The position numbers and the translations under genes were made by a program. DNA of 64,000 bases from a virus, in the IMG/VR virus record IMGVR_UViG_3300050014_000073, positions 19,141 to 83,140 of that record. The stretch is one strand, 5' to 3'. The notes beneath the pieces were generated by a model. That model had not been told where the DNA came from, did no database searches, and saw only the letters and a list, made by a program, of their open reading frames with translations. Of this stretch, positions 1 through 8,678 are shown one piece after another (within the stretch, counting starts at the first letter, position 1; every line of letters begins with the position of its first letter).

Positions 1-976
1 ACGAAGGCGGAGTCCTTTCTGTATTTGATTTGACTTCGAAGAACTTGTGACGGAGCGCTAGAAGCGACACCATGTTGCGGTCCGCAAGAAACTGTTCGAA
101 CTTCAGCTTGGCAGCTGCTCGTTCAATATTACTTCTCCAAAACGGTTCGGTTCGGTAAGATGGGATTCCATGAGCTTCGATGCAGGACTTGATTCGGGGA
201 TCGTACCAGGAAGTAGGAATCTGAGCAGCGTAATATGACTTCTTGATCTCGGGCCAGATTGGTTCTAGGTTTGCGTGAAGAAGCCGGAAGCTAGGAATCT
301 GGTCTTTAAATCCTGGAAGTCCTAAGTCAGCGCCGTCTTTCAGCAGCTTGATTGCCGTCTTCGGTCCCATCCCGCGCATTGGCTTGATATTGTCACAGGA
401 GTCCCCGCCAAGTGCGAGGTATTCATCCCAGACGTGAACCGGGATTCCGAACTCCTTCTCGACGTCGGTGTGTGAGATCCGGCGGAAGTTTCCGTTTTCC
501 TTCTTGGGAACGAGAACTTGTACGCGGGAGTTGAGCAACTGGTAGAAGTCTTTGTCAGTACTGAATATGAGCACGTCGTCCTTCAAGATCTTCGACAGTA
601 CTCCAATGACATCGTCAGCCTCAAGTCCCATCACGCTGACGCTGGAATAGCCTAGCAATGTCAGGATGTTGAAAACTTCTGGAAGTTGAGCGAGAATCCC
701 TCGGTACTCGTCATTGTTATGATTGCGGTTTGCTTTGTACTTCGTGACTACGTCTTCGCGCCAGTTGCGGGGTTTTGCTGCGCCTGGAATTGGAATGCCA
801 TGGTCCCATACCCACAAGATCCTTGGAGAGACGTTTTGCCGTAAGTCATGAAGGGTTTTCAGGATGCCGTATATGATACCAGTGGGTTTGCTTTCGTACG
901 AGAGGTTGTGGAATGCGTAGTGAGCCCGAAATACGGTGTTCATTACATCCACGAGGATTACAGGAGACTGTGGCAT
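1..976 (-). CDS. 5'-3' exonuclease / flap endonuclease (PolA N-terminal-like), runs off the window edge
   Basis: Manual translation from ATG at 976: MPQSPVILVDVMNTVFRAHYAF...KYKANR...LEADDVIG...STDKDFYQL...LGGDSCDNIKPMRGMGPKTAIKLL. These are the FEN/5'-nuclease acidic motifs plus the HhH motif. Absent from the ORF track, presumably because it has no stop in the window. Confidence 0.9.
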   Translation of the reverse strand, partial: MPQSPVILVDVMNTVFRAHYAFHNLSYESKPTGIIYGILKTLHDLRQNVSPRILWVWDHGIPIPGAAKPRNWREDVVTKYKANRNHNNDEYRGILAQLPEVFNILTLLGYSSVSVMGLEADDVIGVLSKILKDDVLIFSTDKDFYQLLNSRVQVLVPKKENGNFRRISHTDVEKEFGIPVHVWDEYLALGGDSCDNIKPMRGMGPKTAIKLLKDGADLGLPGFKDQIPSFRLLHANLEPIWPEIKKSYYAAQIPTSWYDPRIKSCIEAHGIPSYRTEPFWRSNIERAAAKLKFEQFLADRNMVSLLALRHKFFEVKSNTERTPPS

Positions 977-977
977 G

Positions 978-1151
978 TTACGCTACGTTCTTGTAAGTCT
1001 TACCACGCAGGATGTTGGAAATGGTTGCTTGGGTGACCCCGAGTTTATCCGCAACCTTTTTCTGGGTCAGTTCTTCACGAGGCTGAAGAACTTTGCGTAC
1101 CCACTCGACTTGAGCAGATGAGAGAGAAGCAGAACCTTTTTTACGTGCCAT
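978..1151 (-). CDS. small XRE/Cro-type helix-turn-helix protein (57 aa)
   Basis: Manual translation MARKKGSASLSSAQVEWVRKVLQPREELTQKKVADKLGVTQATISNILRGKTYKNVA*; the segment TQKKVADKLGVTQATISNI fits the HTH pattern. Confidence 0.8.
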   Translation of the reverse strand: MARKKGSASLSSAQVEWVRKVLQPREELTQKKVADKLGVTQATISNILRGKTYKNVA

Positions 1152-1189
1152 ACTTTATAAAGTATAACGTATTGATTGGGAGTAGTAAA
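1150..1189 (-). promoter_or_regulatory. sigma70-like promoter overlapped by a perfect 16-bp palindrome (putative operator)
   Basis: Minus strand TTTACT-N17-TATACT, 9 nt before the ATG at 1151. ATACTTTATAAAGTAT (1150-1165) is its own reverse complement. Confidence 0.6.
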
Positions 1190-1204
1190 GGAATATTTAT
1201 TCCG

Positions 1205-2095
1205 CTACTTTAGGAGCAGACGAGCTCGGGTTCCCCACGTGTAAGGAACCAAGTTATTCGTGATCAGAGCTTGTAGTTCTTCTAGCGGAGCTTCATCAGC
1301 AGGAAGTCGGACGGGCCACACGATACTGACAGGATTCTTCCAGCGTTCAACGAGCTTCTCGGCGACGTGAACCGTTCCCTTCCGTCCTACGGAATCCGGG
1401 TCAGGATAGAGAACCAAGTGTTTGCAGGAACTCTCGGAAATCTGTTGGAGTTGAATATCCGTCAAATCGTGTCCTAGGAGTGAAGCGGAGCCGGAATCCG
1501 TGACCTGAGCAATCCGGAGTGCTTTGATTGCTCCTTCACTGAGAATCGTCACTTCCTGCTTCGGGTCAAATCTGAACAGGTATTTTTCCCCGCGACTATT
1601 GAGGTACTTCGGCGTAGAGTCGGTGAACGTTCGGGCGTTGATTGCCTTTAGCTCCTTGTCTACGAAAACCGGGAACAGGATTCGATAAGCATATCTTCCA
1701 CCGTACGAAACTCCGATACGATTCTCCCGGATCTGCTCTTCCGTGATTCCACGGTCTAGGATATACTTCTTGGCTTGGCAATCGAGATCGTCATAGACGC
1801 GAGTGAGAACCTGGAAATCCTTTGGGAACTCAACGCGCTCAAAGTTCCCGGAATCTGGAGCTTTCTCGACTCCTGTGACCTCGGCTGAAATCCCAAGTTG
1901 CTTGAGAACAGGAACGATAGCGTATCTATGCTTCCAATTGCACTTCCCGTTAAAACACCTGCCCCATTGTTGGGTTGTATGCACACACAGAAGAAGTCGA
2001 GGATCATTGCAAAAAGGACACGCGATGTGAATCTTACCGTCATGCCCCTGGCGGAACTTAATACCTCTGCGAAGGAGAGCTTCCTGGAAAGTCAT
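1205..2095 (-). CDS. DNA primase (Zn finger + TOPRIM)
   Basis: CPFC...H...CFNGKC zinc-binding domain, YILDRGI, RILFP, PKYLNS, SEG and DPDSVG TOPRIM motifs; near the helicase. Confidence 0.88.
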   Translation of the reverse strand: MTFQEALLRRGIKFRQGHDGKIHIACPFCNDPRLLLCVHTTQQWGRCFNGKCNWKHRYAIVPVLKQLGISAEVTGVEKAPDSGNFERVEFPKDFQVLTRVYDDLDCQAKKYILDRGITEEQIRENRIGVSYGGRYAYRILFPVFVDKELKAINARTFTDSTPKYLNSRGEKYLFRFDPKQEVTILSEGAIKALRIAQVTDSGSASLLGHDLTDIQLQQISESSCKHLVLYPDPDSVGRKGTVHVAEKLVERWKNPVSIVWPVRLPADEAPLEELQALITNNLVPYTWGTRARLLLK

Positions 2096-2103
2096 GTCAA
2101 CTT

Positions 2104-2134
2104 TATAAAAGGGCGGATTACGCGCCGCCCCGCG
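2104..2134 (-). terminator. rho-independent terminator-like hairpin after the PEP-CTERM gene
   Basis: Minus strand GGGCGG-cgcgtaat-CCGCCC followed by TTTTATA. Confidence 0.55.
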
Positions 2135-2158
2135 TGGTTGAACTGCCCTTTTCTTTCG

Positions 2159-2767
2159 CTACTGGATGGGCTCTGGCCGCCTGCGCCGCATTAGACTCAA
2201 TGCCAAAAGTCCCGCCCCGAGCAGAAATAGCGAGGTTGGCTCAGGCGCATTGGAGGATGCCACGAAAGCCTGGGTGCCACTCCCGGCCACTGGCTCGATA
2301 TATTCCACCGAGCCGAAATTGAACGTTGGGATCTCGGAGCTTGCCGTCCAGAGGTAGGAAGCCATACTCGCGGTCGTCGCAAAGGCCCCCTGGTCGAAGA
2401 CGTTCCACATATCCTGCTGGATGTCGATCTGCGACTGCGGTGTAGGCGTTAGCAGTGTCGAAAGCACGCCAATCAATTCGTAGCCTTGGAGTGCTCCCCG
2501 ATCGGCGGAGAACATGCCGGAGGACGCCGCCTCGCCCAGCGTGTCGATATTGGCCATCCAGCTTTCGCCGGTTGTGATTTCGTTGAATAGGTCGTAGCAG
2601 TCGGCGGATATGTCCAGACTTCCGACTGTGAGAAAGTAAGGCAGAACGTAATCGGAGCCGTTGTTTACCCCGGTTGTCCCGTTGAATGTGACCTGAATCG
2701 TTTCCGCATTCAGGCAAATTGTACCCACCAATAAGGCCATGGCGAGCAGTTTAATCGTCGTTTTCAT
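2159..2767 (-). CDS. PEP-CTERM sorting-domain exported protein
   Basis: Signal peptide MKTTIKLLAMALLVGTICLNA; C-terminal APEPTSLFLLGAGLLALSLMRRRR (PEP + TM helix + Arg cluster); AGGAGG RBS upstream of ATG 2767. Confidence 0.9.
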   Translation of the reverse strand: MKTTIKLLAMALLVGTICLNAETIQVTFNGTTGVNNGSDYVLPYFLTVGSLDISADCYDLFNEITTGESWMANIDTLGEAASSGMFSADRGALQGYELIGVLSTLLTPTPQSQIDIQQDMWNVFDQGAFATTASMASYLWTASSEIPTFNFGSVEYIEPVAGSGTQAFVASSNAPEPTSLFLLGAGLLALSLMRRRRPEPIQ

Positions 2768-2980
2768 GTTGTGTTCATTCCTCCTGGGCGGATTACGCAC
2801 CGCCCCGCGCTGTACCTGGTCCACTAGATTCTGCAAGGCGTGATAGGTTTTCTCAAGCATCTTCGTCTCCTTTTTGATCCAGTTTCTAATCCCTTAATTT
2901 GCTCTCAGTCCGGGATCGACATTATTGGGACTTGCAAGATAGACTGTCATGTGTTTGCTCAACAGGGTGAGTCTTTAAAG

Positions 2981-3392
2981 TCATGTCAACTTTACAGGAA
3001 TCAGGTACTCTTGTATACAGTCGAGAGTGTAGTTCTGATTCGGATTCGGATCGTGGGCAATATCCGCCTTCCAATAGACCTTATTTGGATCGGGGCCTTC
3101 TTCTGAAAGGAATTTCAAAACGACGGAATGTCTCTCCTCAGTTCCTACTACTGAAAAGAACCCTAGTCCGTATACTCCGATAGCACAGACGGAGTCTTCC
3201 GGGTGGAAGTAGAGAAATCCATATCCTTGCTCTTCTAGCCAGTCCATTGCAGGATCAAACCAAGCCTTTCCCGGTCCAAATTCAGAGAAGTTAGGTACCT
3301 CGTCGAGAGGCAGGTCCAAGATACTAGCAAAAGCTGCTTGCAGACAATTGCCTTGAAGCTTCCCGAACTTATTTTTGAAATACCGGCGTCAT
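2981..3392 (-). CDS. hypothetical phage protein, apparently frameshifted near its 5' end
   Basis: RBS GGAGG and ATG at 3392 give MTPVFQK*. Removing one A from the A5 run (3372-3376) joins it to NKFGKLQGNCLQAAFASILDLPLDEVPNF (ORF 2981..3319 frame). Confidence 0.55.
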
Positions 3393-3413
3393 GGTTCCTC
3401 CGGGAACACTAGG

Positions 3414-4280
3414 TCATATCACAAGTTTTCTTGCAAGAACTCTTTGTATTCCAGCATCAGTATCAAGAACAGACCACGACTTGATTTTACTGCTTGCCTT
3501 CTTGATCTCTATAGCAATTGCTTCCGCGACGGCGGGAACGACTGCGTTCCCACACATTCGTTTACGAACGGCATCAGAAAATCCCGAAGTCCAGCCAATT
3601 GGAAATCCAAATCCGTATTCATACTCTTCCGCCAAAAGACGCCGTAACCCTTTTCCGGACTTCCAAACGAAATTTGCATTACGAACATTTCCGCCTTCTT
3701 GTGACATAAGACAACCCAAAACTGCATGTTGAACTTTAGACAGCGCTTTACGAGATGATGGATTAGTTGCTTGGACATGAAACATTCGAATTGCAGTTTT
3801 GGAAGTACAGCCAACGACAAAGGCTCTTTCGCGGTTTTGAGGTACAAATTGGGAGGCGTTCGCCCAGATAACAACGACTGCGTATCCGCAGGCTTCCAGT
3901 GCGAGAGCGAACTCGTTAACATTTGGTGAAGGAACATTCTCGCGGACCACCCACCGAGGCGCGAGTCGTGCTGCCACGGCAAGGTAGTATCCGGACAAGT
4001 CGGGATGACGGCTTTCATGATTTCCTTTCGCAATAGAGCGCGCGGGGCAGGGGTCTCCTCCGATGATTACATCTGGAACTGGAATGGGATTGTTCCCTAA
4101 AAGTCTAGTTTTTAGAAGATCCTTGACATCAGAATAAATTGGAACTCCAGGAAACTTGTTATGAAGCCGTTGACAGGATCGGTCTTTCTCACAGAACCAG
4201 ATTGTCTTGAATCCTGCGTTGCAAAAGCCGAGATCCATTCCTCCGATTCCTGAGAACAGACTTCCAACCGTCAGCTTCAC
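3414..4280 (-). CDS. DNA (cytosine-5)-methyltransferase
   Basis: Motifs FSGIGG (I), GGDPC (IV), ENV (VI), QNRERAF (VIII) and GNAVVP (X). Confidence 0.93.
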   Translation of the reverse strand: MKLTVGSLFSGIGGMDLGFCNAGFKTIWFCEKDRSCQRLHNKFPGVPIYSDVKDLLKTRLLGNNPIPVPDVIIGGDPCPARSIAKGNHESRHPDLSGYYLAVAARLAPRWVVRENVPSPNVNEFALALEACGYAVVVIWANASQFVPQNRERAFVVGCTSKTAIRMFHVQATNPSSRKALSKVQHAVLGCLMSQEGGNVRNANFVWKSGKGLRRLLAEEYEYGFGFPIGWTSGFSDAVRKRMCGNAVVPAVAEAIAIEIKKASSKIKSWSVLDTDAGIQRVLARKLVI

Positions 4281-5647
4281 GGTTCCTCCGGAACGGCATT
4301 CATTTTCGCATACCGGGCCGTCGCTTCTGCGTCGTATATGCTTCCCTGCTTCAAGTCCGGGACGATCTCACACCCAATTTCCATCCGGGCGTTTTTATGC
4401 GCCGCAACCCATAAGTAAATCGAATCTTCAGTCCAGTCCCCTTTTCCCATCGAGATTCCACAAGCGACTTTCCGCATCTTGCCGATGTCTTCGGCAACAC
4501 GATCCCCGCTCAGGATCTTGAGATTCCGCGTATCACGCTGGGTCTGAGCAGCTACCCAGCCCACCTGGTTGTACCGAGCCATGAACTGCCGCAAGCCTCG
4601 ATAGACATCGTCAGATTCAAACCGCTTCTCGGAATATTTCCGGCTCGGTCGGATTTCCTCATCATAGTCAATGAGCGTCGCATCAGGTATGAATCCCTCA
4701 TCTCGAAATGACCCGACGGCAGATTCAAGAGTTGCAAGAGTAAATCCCCCCTCCGTCCCATCATAGATCTTGATCTTCCCGTGAACTGAGTTCTTGAACT
4801 TCTCAAATCTCTTGGTAAGAGTCTGAGGATAGTCTGCCAGTCCAATCATCGAAATATGCGAGACGATTGCGTCCAGCCGGTCCTCGACAGTTTTTCGTGG
4901 GTCTTCAAGTGTGACGTACAGTACATTGAGCCTCTGCCGTGCGTAGGCGATCGCTAGCCACTCTAAGAACATACTTTTGCCCCGTTTGTACGGGGCCAGG
5001 ACCATGCCCAGCTCCTTAGGTGCTACAAGAGGGACGATCTGGTCGAGAGGTTCAATAAGAGAGTAGGGAACCCGAACATGCTTTCGTTCAGCTAGACGGC
5101 GGGCGATACGGTCATCGAGAGTTGACAGATAGTCAGTAGTCCGGTTCTCGTTCTGGAGAACAAGAACTCCCTTCCTGACGATCTCTGCCCACTTCTCGTC
5201 TGTGAGCTGTCCCGAAGAGTGAAGATCGACTAACTCTTCTATCGCGTTCTTGCGAAGCTGGTTGCTTTTGAACTTGACAACCTTTTCTACTAAGGCATCC
5301 GGAGCTGAGAGCTTGAGTTTCTCTATTGAAGCAACGTACTCGAAAAGTTCGGCTTTCTGCATTGCCCCAAGATCAAGCTGATGGGCATACTCTAAGACGT
5401 CGGACTGCGCCAGTTTCCCGAGAGGTTCGTGATGTTTCTTCCAGAACTCCAACGCTCGTTCCGCTACAATCCAGCGAGCTCGGCCGCGAGGCGCTGCTTT
5501 GTCAGGACGGAAATCTTCGGGTGACAGTAACGTTCCACACTGCTTCAGAGTATGATGATCGAGAACGAGAAGAGCAACCAGACTGTCCTGGAAGTGTGTG
5601 TCGTCCCACCAGCGGCTTGGAGATGGATGTTTGGAGGCTATAGACAT
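4277..5647 (-). CDS. DnaB-like (SF4) replicative helicase
   Basis: Walker A variant APYKRGKS, YVTLE, Walker B LIDYD, AAQ; 456 aa; near the primase. Confidence 0.88.
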   Translation of the reverse strand: MSIASKHPSPSRWWDDTHFQDSLVALLVLDHHTLKQCGTLLSPEDFRPDKAAPRGRARWIVAERALEFWKKHHEPLGKLAQSDVLEYAHQLDLGAMQKAELFEYVASIEKLKLSAPDALVEKVVKFKSNQLRKNAIEELVDLHSSGQLTDEKWAEIVRKGVLVLQNENRTTDYLSTLDDRIARRLAERKHVRVPYSLIEPLDQIVPLVAPKELGMVLAPYKRGKSMFLEWLAIAYARQRLNVLYVTLEDPRKTVEDRLDAIVSHISMIGLADYPQTLTKRFEKFKNSVHGKIKIYDGTEGGFTLATLESAVGSFRDEGFIPDATLIDYDEEIRPSRKYSEKRFESDDVYRGLRQFMARYNQVGWVAAQTQRDTRNLKILSGDRVAEDIGKMRKVACGISMGKGDWTEDSIYLWVAAHKNARMEIGCEIVPDLKQGSIYDAEATARYAKMNAVPEEP

Positions 5648-5656
5648 TGAACTAGG

Positions 5657-5857
5657 TTATGACCGCGACTCCGACCCCGACCGCGACCCCGACCCCGACC
5701 GCGGCCTCAACCCCGACTGCGACCACGACCGCGACCCCGACCCCGACCACGACCTCGACCACGACCGCGACCCCGACCCCGACCGTGACCTCAACCCCGA
5801 CTGCGACCACGACCGCGACCCCGACCCCGACCATTTATGAAGTTTGTTCCAACGCAT
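5657..5857 (-). repeat. degenerate hexamer tandem array, copy 1; encodes a 66-aa Ser/Arg/Gly/Trp ORF
   Basis: About 28 units of GACC(C/A/G/T)C type; ORF MRWNKLHKWSGSGSRSWSQSGLRSRS... Confidence 0.85.
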
Positions 5858-5858
5858 A

Positions 5859-6428
5859 TCACGCTCTCCTGAAATTCCTTCTGGGATGAAGTTCCCGAAA
5901 TCGCTGTCGACGAATCTCGTTCTCGAATTGAATCCGTTTCTGAGGTATTGTCTTTAGATAGTTTTTCAGTTCCCTATCCGGATCGAGATCTTCTTTTCCC
6001 GACCAAGCTAGTTTTATACTTGGTAGATTGTAGGACTTCCGGTTCTCACCATTCGGATATGTCTTGATGACGGCTTCTTCGAGACGCTGTCGAGCTGAGG
6101 CGCTTGCAATGAGAGAAGCCGGAAGCCCAAGGTGGAGTTCCTTATCGTTGTTCGGATCGTACTTCCGTCCCTGCTTATAGACAAGAGTCAAGACGTCGAG
6201 AATAAACTCAGGCGTAACGCAGTAGCGCATCGACCATACTTTGAGAGTAAGTAGTAGGAGTTCAGCATTCGGTCCTAGAGGCATCCATACAATGACATCT
6301 TCTGAATAAGGTTTCCGGTTGGTTCGCTGTCTACGAGAGTTCTCGACTTGCAATAAAGCTTTCTCAAGTCGAGACGCCCAGGCAGTGACAGCCTCCCGCA
6401 GTGCATGTTTAAGTTCAAGGTCTACCAT
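5859..6428 (-). CDS. hypothetical protein
   Basis: 189-aa ORF tightly packed in the leftward operon. Confidence 0.6.
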   Translation of the reverse strand: MVDLELKHALREAVTAWASRLEKALLQVENSRRQRTNRKPYSEDVIVWMPLGPNAELLLLTLKVWSMRYCVTPEFILDVLTLVYKQGRKYDPNNDKELHLGLPASLIASASARQRLEEAVIKTYPNGENRKSYNLPSIKLAWSGKEDLDPDRELKNYLKTIPQKRIQFENEIRRQRFRELHPRRNFRRA

Positions 6429-6643
6429 CTGGAGTGGTCTTGGAGAAGCGTACCATCTATGAAATGAGAGGGTAGTACGACGATGCCTCCGGGAAGGTCA
6501 AGGGTAACGAAAGCGTAGGATTGCCGCATTACTAGACCTTCCTGTCCTGCGAAAGCTCCTTGATTGATGCGAAGCTGAAGGCCATCGCGGTCGAACACTT
6601 CGCCTACAATATAGATTTTTTCGCCTTTGATGACTTTGGGCAT
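6422..6643 (-). CDS. hypothetical protein (73 aa, MPKVIKGEK...)
   Basis: ATG at 6643 just downstream of the repeat; non-repetitive part of ORF 6422..6847. Confidence 0.5.
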   Translation of the reverse strand: MPKVIKGEKIYIVGEVFDRDGLQLRINQGAFAGQEGLVMRQSYAFVTLDLPGGIVVLPSHFIDGTLLQDHSRW

Positions 6644-6661
6644 TGTGTTAGATTTTCTATA

Positions 6662-6870
6662 GCTGCGACCCCGACCCCGACCCCGACTCCCGACCGCGAC
6701 TCCGACCCCGACCGCGACCTCAACCCCGACCACGACCACGACCGCGACCACGACCCCGACCGCGACCTCAACCCCGACCACGACCACGACCGCGACCCCG
6801 ACCACGACCCCGACCACGACCGCGACCCCGACCACGACCCCGACCATTTATGAAGTTTGTTCCAACGCAT
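6662..6870 (-). repeat. degenerate hexamer tandem array, copy 2; Ser/Arg/Trp ORF with the same N-terminus as copy 1
   Basis: Same units, and an identical 33-nt head CCCCGACCATTTATGAAGTTTGTTCCAACGCAT at 6838-6870 and 5825-5857. Confidence 0.85.
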
Positions 6871-6878
6871 CGGAAATC

Positions 6879-7142
6879 CTACTTCCCTTCGCCGAAACTT
6901 TCGATAGCTCCACGCTGCACATACCAAGACGTGCCCGGAAGCGGTTGAGCATCTTTGTAGCCCCGTTCGGTAAACGCACCCGTTTCGTAAACGATCTTGG
7001 CGTCGGTTAGCAGAACGCAAGACTCATTCACTCCGGAAAGAGTTCCGGCATAGATGTAGTTCAAGCAGAATAGAAGGACTGACTTTCCAATAAGAGAAAG
7101 CAATCCTTCTTCGTCTTCGGAAACTTCAATAAGCTTTTTCAT
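6879..7142 (-). CDS. hypothetical phage protein, possibly Sm/LSm-like beta-barrel
   Basis: LLSLIGKSVLLFCLNYIYAGTLSGVNESCVLLTDA resembles the Sm-fold pattern (L..LIGK.V.....Y.G.L.G.....L.DA). Confidence 0.5.
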   Translation of the reverse strand: MKKLIEVSEDEEGLLSLIGKSVLLFCLNYIYAGTLSGVNESCVLLTDAKIVYETGAFTERGYKDAQPLPGTSWYVQRGAIESFGEGK

Positions 7143-7148
7143 GATTGA

Positions 7149-7502
7149 TTATACGGTTACTGGATCACTGTTCCTTCTGGCAATTTTCCTAGACTGTAAC
7201 ACAGCGCGCCTTTGATGGTTAACGGAATGCAGGTAGGGAGTACCCACGCCCTCTCCAAAGTTCTCAGCGATTTCCGGTGCGAAGGTGAAGTAGCAGTATA
7301 GTGGGTCTTTCAGGACTGGCATAAGCATCCTCTCCGCGTGGGCCTTTCCTATGCCGCGAGACCGCAGGTAGAACAGCGCCTCTTCGGGGAAACCCGCCGT
7401 GGACGGAGACAGGAAGTGCTGCTGTTGGAGTTTATCGTCTTCGCCTGGAGTCCATTCGGGATTCGGAATCATTTTGGGAATCACGCAGAACCTCCACTTC
7501 AA
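7149..7502 (-). CDS. hypothetical protein with a SufB/SufD-like C-terminal helical motif
   Basis: FPEEALFYLRSRGIGKAHAERML matches the SufB/SufD motif EE.LFYLRSRGI...A..LL. Confidence 0.5.
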   Translation of the reverse strand: MKWRFCVIPKMIPNPEWTPGEDDKLQQQHFLSPSTAGFPEEALFYLRSRGIGKAHAERMLMPVLKDPLYCYFTFAPEIAENFGEGVGTPYLHSVNHQRRAVLQSRKIARRNSDPVTV

Positions 7503-7622
7503 TTATACGGTTGTGAAAAGACCACGGAATAAAAATCGCTTTACTTTGCACTGCTACCGTAGTATAAAAAAGGTAGCGTCGTTGGCTGGCAAGCTGGTGG
7601 CGTCGGACTTCTTCTGAGAAGT

Positions 7623-7988
7623 TCAAGGAATCGGGGCGGGTTTCAGTTCCACGAAACCTGTTACCCGCCCCTTCCGTTTTGTGGAAATGACAACTTCTTC
7701 AAATTCGGCCAGCAGCAAAATATCCCCTAGGCATACCGTAAGCCTCTCTAAGAGGCAAGGACTGGCGCTTAGGGTAATACGCTCTGCAAGTACTAGCGGT
7801 CTCCATACGTTCGGTTGCAGGGTGGGTAGTGTCTCTATGAAGCCCGTAAGGGCGGTTCCACAAGAGACAGCGCGGGGGTTTGAGACAGAAGCGCGGAACC
7901 GATCGAACTGCAACAGAGGAAACTCTCGGTCAAATTCTGTCAACGTCACCATCCTACAAATTCCCATATCTGGAATACCAAATGGCAC
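7623..7988 (-). CDS. hypothetical protein
   Basis: 121-aa ATG ORF at the start of the leftward operon. Confidence 0.5.
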   Translation of the reverse strand: MPFGIPDMGICRMVTLTEFDREFPLLQFDRFRASVSNPRAVSCGTALTGFIETLPTLQPNVWRPLVLAERITLSASPCLLERLTVCLGDILLLAEFEEVVISTKRKGRVTGFVELKPAPIP

Positions 7989-8641
7989 AGATTCACGCCA
8001 GGTCGTGAGGAGAGACGTAAGAGTTGCATCTTACGTCACGTCTGCGGACGCGGCGATTTCTTACATTCAAGGTACGCTAGAGAAAAATCCTAGCGTGAAA
8101 GTTTTCTTATCAGGCAGCAGTCAACATTTCTTAAGCCTCGATATGGGCGTCTTGAGTGGCTTACGCTTCGCGCAGGGCAGGTTCTCCCTAGAGTCCTTTC
8201 GAGTAGTAAACTTCCTTCATGTACTGGGGTCTTAGAACCTCTTAAATTTGTGAAGAGGAAGTTTGCGTTTTGACCTCGATTGGGCCTAGGGGGAGCTCTG
8301 CCCCTTTCAAGAGAGGAAACCGCAGCTACGCTGCTCTTCCTATTCTCTTGAAAGTGTCTTTACATCGCTTCGCGATACAAGCGGCCTGCTCAACCAAAGC
8401 GAAAATCAAGAAAGTATCCTTTACGAGAAACAAAAGGAAAAAGCTCGTTTTATCGTACATACATCCATTCTCCTGAGTGGTTCTCTTTCCGAGAACGGAT
8501 TCTTCTTGCCCGCGGAAGTCACTGTGAAGTATGCAAAGCATACCGAAGTCCACTTCATCTCCACCACGACACTTATGAAAACCTTGGGCACGAGAAAGAC
8601 GAAGACGTCCGTTTGCTTTGCGTTCCTTGCCACGAGACTTT

Positions 8642-8678
8642 CCACGGAAGGAAATTCAGAAACGTATAATTAGCTATC
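8642..8678 (+). promoter_or_regulatory. probable rightward promoter (TATAAT) for the modification operon, leaderless start
   Basis: TATAAT at 8665-8670, 8 nt before ATG 8679, with no SD sequence; lies at the left/right strand switch. Confidence 0.5.

Noticed and set aside
5598-6853. + strand DPDRD / TPTAT ORFs as real genes
   Set aside because: They are antisense to a packed leftward operon and are open only because the hexamer lacks stop codons.
5657-6870. Repeat arrays as CRISPR
   Set aside because: Units are contiguous 6-mers with no unique spacers, and no cas genes are present.
7681-8645. ORFs in the divergent region (7681..8235, 8270..8476, 8326..8553, 8421..8645)
   Set aside because: No RBS or motifs, and they overlap one another or real genes; more likely regulatory or origin DNA, though I could not define an origin.
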